A stretch of DNA of 55,788 nucleotides from Fidelibacterota bacterium (GTDB lineage Bacteria > Fidelibacterota > UBA2242), in the NCBI GenBank assembly GCA_011046365.1, contig DSAS01000024.1, positions 1 through 55,788 of the forward strand, in the 5' to 3' direction. The stretch's first letter is position 1; the number at the start of each line of letters is the position of its first letter. The notes under the pieces are model-generated. The model saw nothing but the letters and a program-made list of their open reading frames with translations. It made no database searches and had not been told where the DNA came from. The position numbers and the translations under genes are program-made. Positions 50,028 to 55,788 of the stretch are shown here, in pieces.

Positions 50028-51841
50028 TGTTCATCAACCTCGGAATATAATTTTTCGATGATATCACGATACCGCTGAACGACAATATTGCGGCGGATTT
50101 TTAGGGAAGGCGTCAGCTCGCCGCTCTCAATTGTGAATTCATGGGGTAATAAGATGTATTTCTTGATTTTTTCAAACTGGGCAAAGCCTTCCATGGACTC
50201 TTCAATCACCCGATCATATAATTGTTTTACCTCTGGCAATTTTATCAGTTCTTCGCGGTTTTCAAACTGGAGTCTTTGCTCTTCTGCCCAGGCTTCCAGA
50301 TTGGGAAAAGACGGCACAATCAGTGCCGAGACGAATTTCTGCTTATCGCCCAGCACCAGAATCTGCTCAATCCATTTGGAGGTCACCAGTGTATTTTCCA
50401 TCGGCTGTGGTGCCACATTTTTGCCACCGGACGTAACTATCAGGTTTTTCTTGCGATCGATAATGACCAGGTAGCCGTCTTCATCGAGTAGTCCGATGTC
50501 ACCGGTATAAAACCAGCCGTCTTTATCGAGAACTTCGGCTGTCGCATCGTCATTTTTAAAGTAGCCTTTCATGACATGCGGACCGCGGGTCAGGATTTCA
50601 CCATCTTCGGCAATCCTGACTTCGACGCCGGGTATCGGCGGTCCCACCGTTCCGATTTTGGGCTTTTCGAGGGGATTTACTGAAATCACCGGTGACGTTT
50701 CCGACAACCCATATCCTTCCAGGATCGTAATTCCGGCAGCACTGAAAAATTCTCCTACCTCTTTGGAGAGCGGCGCTCCACCGGAAACGAAGAATCTCAG
50801 GTTGCCACCGATCCGCTCATGTAATTTATGAAAGACCAGTTTATGGGCTAACTTCAGTTTGCTTCCCAGAAGCGGACCGATTGCTTTGCCGGCTAACTTT
50901 TTATGCACGGTTTTGCGCCCGTTATTAATTGCCCACCAGAATATTTTCTGTTTAACTGCCGATCCGGCGGCAATACTGTCAATCACTTTCCCGTACACTT
51001 TTTCATAAAACCGGGGAACGGCGGTCATCAAGGTGGGATGCACTTCCTGCATATTATCCGCCACTGTATTGATACTTTCTGCATAATAGATCGCCGCACC
51101 CACGGAAGTCGCCAGAAAATGACCAGCCATCCGCTCAAAGCTGTGACTCAATGGAAGAAACGAAAGAAAGGTGTCTTTCTCATCGGCGGTAATGACATTC
51201 AGACTGGCTACGATGTTGGAAACGAGATTACCATGAGTCAGCATGACCCCCTTGGGTTCGCCGGTTGTGCCTGATGTATAGATCAACGTCAGCACATCTT
51301 CTTTATGAATGGACATGGCGTCTTTCTCGAATTCATCAGGGTGTTCGGCATTGTACTGCGTCCCCATTTCAAGCAGTTCATTCAGGGTAATCACATTTTC
51401 ATCATCAAAGACGCTGTTATCCAGCACGATGACTTTTTCGATTTTCTGCGCCTCATGGAGGAATGAGAGCACCTTTTCGGTCTGTTCCCGGTCTCCGGCA
51501 AAAACGAACCGGCATTCGGCATGTTGCGCAATCCACTTGACCTGTTTCGTTGTTAACATCGGGTAAATAGTCACAACGGCAGCCCGGGCGCAGATCGTGG
51601 CATAATCGGACATAGCCCACAGGTGACTGTTGTTTGCGACAATTCCAACGTGGTCACCGGCTTTAATTCCCAGAGATTTCAAGCCACCGGTCATTTTTTC
51701 AACCTGAGACCGGGCTTCCGCAAACGTTAGAGTCTTCCAGTCATTTCCATCCTTATATCCATAGGCGACTTTATTTGCATACCTATTGGTGACGGAAATA
51801 AACATTTCCGAGATTGTATCATACCTATTTTTTACCATCAT
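50024..51841 (-). CDS. Long-chain-fatty-acid--CoA ligase (FadD/FAA1-like)
   Basis: IYTSGTTGEPKG, LSFLPLSH, SGGAPL, EGYGLSE, TGDIG, DRKKNLIVTSGGKNVAP, ELTPSLK. Confidence 0.94.
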   Translation of the reverse strand: MMVKNRYDTISEMFISVTNRYANKVAYGYKDGNDWKTLTFAEARSQVEKMTGGLKSLGIKAGDHVGIVANNSHLWAMSDYATICARAAVVTIYPMLTTKQVKWIAQHAECRFVFAGDREQTEKVLSFLHEAQKIEKVIVLDNSVFDDENVITLNELLEMGTQYNAEHPDEFEKDAMSIHKEDVLTLIYTSGTTGEPKGVMLTHGNLVSNIVASLNVITADEKDTFLSFLPLSHSFERMAGHFLATSVGAAIYYAESINTVADNMQEVHPTLMTAVPRFYEKVYGKVIDSIAAGSAVKQKIFWWAINNGRKTVHKKLAGKAIGPLLGSKLKLAHKLVFHKLHERIGGNLRFFVSGGAPLSKEVGEFFSAAGITILEGYGLSETSPVISVNPLEKPKIGTVGPPIPGVEVRIAEDGEILTRGPHVMKGYFKNDDATAEVLDKDGWFYTGDIGLLDEDGYLVIIDRKKNLIVTSGGKNVAPQPMENTLVTSKWIEQILVLGDKQKFVSALIVPSFPNLEAWAEEQRLQFENREELIKLPEVKQLYDRVIEESMEGFAQFEKIKKYILLPHEFTIESGELTPSLKIRRNIVVQRYRDIIEKLYSEVDEQ

Positions 51842-51902
51842 CCTCTTCCCTATATTTATTTTTGTTTTTCAAGATGGAACTGTTAATTTTAGCCTGCTTT
51901 TT

Positions 51903-51987
51903 GCCGAGGTGGTGAAACTGGTAGACGCAGCGGACTCAAAATCCGCCGGTTCTTGGAACCATGGGGGTTCGATTCCCCCCCTCGGCA
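51903..51987 (+). tRNA. tRNA-Leu (anticodon CAA), CCA not encoded
   Basis: Acceptor stem GCCGAGG/CCTCGGC, D-loop GG, anticodon arm GCGGA-CTCAAAA-TCCGC, long variable arm, GGGGG-TTCGATT-CCCCC, discriminator A. Confidence 0.97.
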
Positions 51988-52031
51988 CTCGTAATTTATT
52001 TTGTTTTTGTATTCCCATAGTACCAATATAT

Positions 52032-52077
52032 TAAAAATCGGCAGATTTCAAATATTTAAGTACCTTAAGCTGCCGGT
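52032..52077 (-). terminator. Possible terminator downstream of the OmpA-TPR gene
   Basis: CGGCAG/CTGCCG stem with a large internal region, followed by a T-run on the minus strand. Confidence 0.35.
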
Positions 52078-52089
52078 ATGTCGTTTGGA

Positions 52090-53394
52090 TTAATAATTTC
52101 TGATTTTTGATAAAACCAGGTTGGAGCGGCGGATTTCTTCCGATGCGTTCGGATAATTTTCAATCACCTTTCGGAATTCGATGACAGCCTGATCCAGTTT
52201 GTTCAGGCGGAAATAACAGTAGCCAAGCCGCATTTGGGCAGCCGCCTCTTTGTTCGCATTCCCGGCGCCGAACACCTTATGGTACTCATTCAGGGCTTCG
52301 GAATAACGCCCCTGATAGTAATAGGCTTCACCAATCCAGAAATGGGCATTATCAACCAGCGAATGGGAAGGATCAATAACGAGAATTTCCTCAAAGATAT
52401 CAATCGCTTCATTATAACGTTTCTGGTTAAATAGCATCATCGCTTTGTCATAAAGCTTCTGTTGAATAGAGGTCGCGGCTTGACTGGCTCGCAGGGAGGG
52501 CACTGCAGAAGCAGTCGTTCTTTTCGGGGGTGCGCTCATATAAACCGCATAGGGATTGTTTTGAAGGTCACCGTAGAACAGTTCAAACGAGACCCGCCGG
52601 TTTAATGTCCGCCGTGCCTTGTTGCGGCTCTCAACCAGGAGTTCATTGGCGCCTTCGGGAATAATTTCGATTCGCTGCGCAATGTCAGCCTGCATCTCGG
52701 CAGGGAAAAGGTCTACTAAAATTTTGGCGAAAGTCGTCGCCCTCTGTTCCGACAATTCGTAATTTAGCTGTTCATTTCCCTCGTAATCAGTATGACCGGA
52801 AATCCGTACCTTGACTTCCGGATCGCTACGCAGCGCTTTAACAATCTTGCCGATGGTCACATAATAGTTAGAATTGAAAGTTGTACTGGGCATGGCAGAT
52901 TTTTCTTCAAAATAGATATCATCAAAGGTCAGTTTCTGGAGCAGAAAATCCCCAGATGGTGCCCCGGTTTGCAAAGTCGCCGGTTCCTCGACCACCGTTA
53001 CAACAGCCGCTTCTTCGGCAGCTTTGACGGTGTCCTGAATGGCGGTACGTATCATATCAGCCGGTTCAGTTTTTTTGACTGTCTCCGTAACTGTCGCTAC
53101 GGTATCGGCTTTTACTGGTGGCTTGGTTTGAGCGCTCGGCGCAGCCTCCGGCTGAACCTCTTTTGGTTTTGCCACTGCAACGACGGGTGTTTTCTGAGAT
53201 GATGAGATAATTTTTTGCGGGGGTACTTTGGGATTGAGCGTTTCGGGATTGATATCCGGACGCTCACCTTGTTGCTGAATGATTGACCGTGCAATGATAT
53301 CTTCCCGGGCTGAAATGTCGGAAACCGCCTCTTTGCCACCACCGCAATTCAGGAGATAAATACTGCCGATAAGTAAGATTGTTAAACGCTTCAT
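52090..53394 (-). CDS. Lipoprotein with OmpA-C/Pal-like peptidoglycan-binding domain and C-terminal CpoB/YbgF-like TPR domain
   Basis: MKR...YLLNC lipobox-like signal after GGAGG; P/A/T/E-rich linker; IYF, ISGHTD...NYELSEQRA...NRRV; TPR segment VDNAHFWIGEAYY...AAQMRLGYCY...VIENYPN. Confidence 0.85.
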   Translation of the reverse strand: MKRLTILLIGSIYLLNCGGGKEAVSDISAREDIIARSIIQQQGERPDINPETLNPKVPPQKIISSSQKTPVVAVAKPKEVQPEAAPSAQTKPPVKADTVATVTETVKKTEPADMIRTAIQDTVKAAEEAAVVTVVEEPATLQTGAPSGDFLLQKLTFDDIYFEEKSAMPSTTFNSNYYVTIGKIVKALRSDPEVKVRISGHTDYEGNEQLNYELSEQRATTFAKILVDLFPAEMQADIAQRIEIIPEGANELLVESRNKARRTLNRRVSFELFYGDLQNNPYAVYMSAPPKRTTASAVPSLRASQAATSIQQKLYDKAMMLFNQKRYNEAIDIFEEILVIDPSHSLVDNAHFWIGEAYYYQGRYSEALNEYHKVFGAGNANKEAAAQMRLGYCYFRLNKLDQAVIEFRKVIENYPNASEEIRRSNLVLSKIRNY

Positions 53395-53468
53395 CCCATT
53401 GCCTCCAAAGATGAAAGCACCCGACACGAATTTAATCTGCCAGATGCTCTATATTGGTATGCCAATCA

Positions 53469-53975
53469 TTATCTTTTCTTGGTTTCTTTTGGCGGAGTCT
53501 CCAGAACTTTAACCCGTTTCTCAAGATCGCTCAATTCGCGATTTATGCGACTGGCAGCTGTCTGAAGATCTGTGAGAGTACGATTGGTCTGACGCTGAAA
53601 TTGACTGAGTCTCTCGGTCACTCCGTCAAGATCACGTTTCAAAAGAGCCATCTCTGCCTCTGTATTCGTCCGGAGTTCCCGGATCAGGAGACCCAGTGAA
53701 TCAACTTTTACATCGAACCTGCGAACGGTTGCATCTAACCTATTATCAAAATCATCCTGCCGGGCTTGAAACTGCTGAATATGCTTGCCACGTCCCTGAA
53801 AACGCAGTTCCAGATCGTGAACAGTATGATCGAAGCGTTCAATATTCAGCACATGCAGTGAGTCGGCAATATTCAGCTGATCCATCCGGTCATTAACTTT
53901 GTTGACAACAAAGGTGAAATAGACGGCAACAACCACAAGCAGAACCAAAACAATAGTCTTAATCAGTTCTTTCAT
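53469..53975 (-). CDS. Single-TM coiled-coil hypothetical protein
   Basis: GGGAG RBS, N-terminal TM helix, heptad-rich body (LSDLEKRVKVLE). Confidence 0.8.
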   Translation of the reverse strand: MKELIKTIVLVLLVVVAVYFTFVVNKVNDRMDQLNIADSLHVLNIERFDHTVHDLELRFQGRGKHIQQFQARQDDFDNRLDATVRRFDVKVDSLGLLIRELRTNTEAEMALLKRDLDGVTERLSQFQRQTNRTLTDLQTAASRINRELSDLEKRVKVLETPPKETKKR

Positions 53976-54043
53976 TAACTACTCCCATATTTACAATTCG
54001 ATAATTTCCTATATTTTAATTAATTTGAATCAAAGGGTGCATG

Positions 54044-54322
54044 CTATTGATCTTGATGAGTCTCCTCTTGCGCAGGCTCAGGCGTAACGGAATTAGCCGA
54101 GCGCATAGATTGTTTAGCCTCCGGACTTTGAATTTCAGCAATCAAAGTCTTGAGGTCCTTGTGGAATTGAGCAATCGTCTTTTCCAAACGCAAAATCAGC
54201 TCATCCATTAACGCTTTTCCATATAAATTGTTGATACCGGTCAAAAGATCATCAAATTTCGACATCAGATAGGCGTTGCAACTTTCAGTGCTGCCAAAAT
54301 CAATTTTCAGATCGTCAGCCAT
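54044..54322 (-). CDS. 92-aa helical hypothetical protein
   Basis: GAGGA RBS; protein-like helical sequence that fills the intergenic space. Confidence 0.72.
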   Translation of the reverse strand: MADDLKIDFGSTESCNAYLMSKFDDLLTGINNLYGKALMDELILRLEKTIAQFHKDLKTLIAEIQSPEAKQSMRSANSVTPEPAQEETHQDQ

Positions 54323-54400
54323 TCCACTATTTCCTCATAAAAATACCATTATCGAATTTACAAAACTCATTTTAATTATCAATGTTTTTTGACAGGCTTT

Positions 54401-54586
54401 TTACCATTTGTCGCTTTTAAATGTTTCCCATTTATCAATATCCTTCAGAATCAAACGGCAGATACCCCGAATCGTAGGATTAAGCTTAATCTCCACGCTC
54501 GGCTGGCTGGAGGTCAATTTTTGAAGGACCTCCTTGAATTCCAGCAATTCGTTGCGATCAACTTCAACACTTAACCGGGTCAGCAT
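54401..54586 (-). CDS. 61-aa hypothetical protein (MLTRLSVEVDRNELL...)
   Basis: AGGAGG RBS before ATG 54586; this start avoids the overlap with amrS shown in the ORF track. Confidence 0.7.
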   Translation of the reverse strand: MLTRLSVEVDRNELLEFKEVLQKLTSSQPSVEIKLNPTIRGICRLILKDIDKWETFKSDKW

Positions 54587-54620
54587 CTTTCCTCCTCTAT
54601 TGTATAATTTCCAAAATATT

Positions 54621-55622
54621 TCATGCCAATATAATGGCATTCCGGGCACCACAGACACAGACATTCCCCCGGAGGTTCATTAACTCTACCTGATAGCCCT
54701 CCCGGCGGATTAAGAGCCGTCCACAGGAACGACAATATGTATTGCTTTCATCAGCGGTCATGACGTTGCCTTCATATACATAGTGTATACCATTATCAAG
54801 GGCAATATTTCTGACCCGATCCAGGGTAATTTTCGGCGTGCGATCCAGATAGGTCATTTTATAACTGGGATGAAAGGCTGAAAAATGCAGTGGTGTATCG
54901 GCGCCCAAATTTTTTAAAATCCAGTGGATCATATTTAGAGTTTCAGTCTCATTATCATTAACACCCGGGATAATCAAAGTCGTCAGTTCCAGAAATGTTC
55001 CCTGATTTTTAATGGCAATGATTGCCTCTAGCACCGCCTGAAGGTCTCCCTTACAATAGCGCCGATAGAAATCCGCTGAAAAGGATTTCAGATCAATATT
55101 GGCGGCATCAATATGGGGATAGATATCGGCGATAGCCTGCGGGGTGATATATCCGTTAGTGACCATGACCGTTTTTAATGCAGATTCATGGGCTAACCGG
55201 GCGATATCAATGACATATTCACCGAATATGGTCGGTTCATTGTAGGTAAAGGCAATTCCCATCGCATTATAATTAACGGCAGCCGTGACTATCTTTCCCG
55301 GGCTGACTGTCTGGCTCCTGATCTCTCCCGGTTTAGCCCGGGCGATGTCCCAATTCTGACAAAACTCACAAAACAGGTTACATCCGATCGTTCCGACGGA
55401 GAGAATATCCGAACCGGGATAAAAATGGTACAGCGGCTTTTTTTCAATCGGATCCATTTGCACAGCGACGGGGCTCCCATAGGCGCTCGTGAAGAGTTGA
55501 CCACCCCGATTCTGTCTGACGTTACACAGACCGAACTGACTCTCCGCCAGTTTGCACCGATGTGGACAGAGTTCACACTGAACCTGATGATTTATTGACT
55601 TCCACCACAACGCCTGTTTCAA
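54621..55622 (-). CDS. amrS: AmmeMemoRadiSam system radical SAM enzyme
   Basis: CELCPHRC, DPIEKKPLYHFYPG, GCNLFCEFCQNW (CxxxCxxC), FTYNEP, NIDLK, LHFSAFHP, YVYEGN, CRSC. TTG start after GGAG. Confidence 0.93.
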   Translation of the reverse strand: MKQALWWKSINHQVQCELCPHRCKLAESQFGLCNVRQNRGGQLFTSAYGSPVAVQMDPIEKKPLYHFYPGSDILSVGTIGCNLFCEFCQNWDIARAKPGEIRSQTVSPGKIVTAAVNYNAMGIAFTYNEPTIFGEYVIDIARLAHESALKTVMVTNGYITPQAIADIYPHIDAANIDLKSFSADFYRRYCKGDLQAVLEAIIAIKNQGTFLELTTLIIPGVNDNETETLNMIHWILKNLGADTPLHFSAFHPSYKMTYLDRTPKITLDRVRNIALDNGIHYVYEGNVMTADESNTYCRSCGRLLIRREGYQVELMNLRGNVCVCGARNAIILA

Positions 55623-55649
55623 TAGTTTCTCTCCGATTCTAATTGAATT

Positions 55650-55678
55650 AAACTACTAAAATGTAACTGAGATGTCAA
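55650..55678 (-). promoter_or_regulatory. Putative sigma70 promoter for amrS
   Basis: On the minus strand: TTGACA (55678-55673), 17 bp, TAGTTT (55655-55650). Confidence 0.5.
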
Positions 55679-55788
55679 TAGCCATATTTTTGAATACCGG
55701 GAACAATTTTATTTTTTTGCTGTTTCAAGTACCAATAATAATGACTATATTTTGATTCAGTATATTAACACAACGAAAAGGATAATCC

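Noticed and set aside
51903-52090. tRNA-Leu as an integration site for an island
   Set aside because: No integrase, no duplicated tRNA 3' end that I could find, and no mobile genes nearby.
1-55788. CRISPR array, rRNA, IS or prophage
   Set aside because: No repeat-spacer pattern, rRNA-like sequence, transposase or phage gene was seen; nearly all of the sequence is accounted for by genes.

Overview
A gene-dense bacterial core-genome window with no integrase, transposase, phage module, rRNA or CRISPR array that I could find. The PorU-type C25 protein and FlgD/T9SS-like C-terminal domains, together with ordinary Shine-Dalgarno sites and sigma70 promoters, suggest an FCB-superphylum organism outside Bacteroidota proper, such as Marinimicrobia or KSB1 (inference). 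In order, the window holds: porU-maf-rodZ; a dcw cluster from mraZ to ftsZ without murB or ddl; rpmB and dusB; peptidase, hydrolase and transporter genes; an uncharacterised envelope operon (DUF4159, DUF4175-like, TPR, GATase-like, yjbQ); rnhA, pcrA/uvrD, mltG, an M50 protease and a MATE transporter; a secreted metallopeptidase with gpsA, purM and an acyl-CoA ligase; tRNA-Leu(CAA); a Pal/OmpA-TPR fusion lipoprotein with small unknown genes; and amrS. The most interesting signals are absent from the ORF track: a ~137-nt rod-like inverted repeat between murC and ftsQ that also carries a 56-codon ORF bridging the two genes, a self-contained 59-aa membrane-protein gene, a 46-aa coupled membrane ORF, and a palindromic MraZ-type operator. 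All calls come from motif recognition by eye; no database searches were run.
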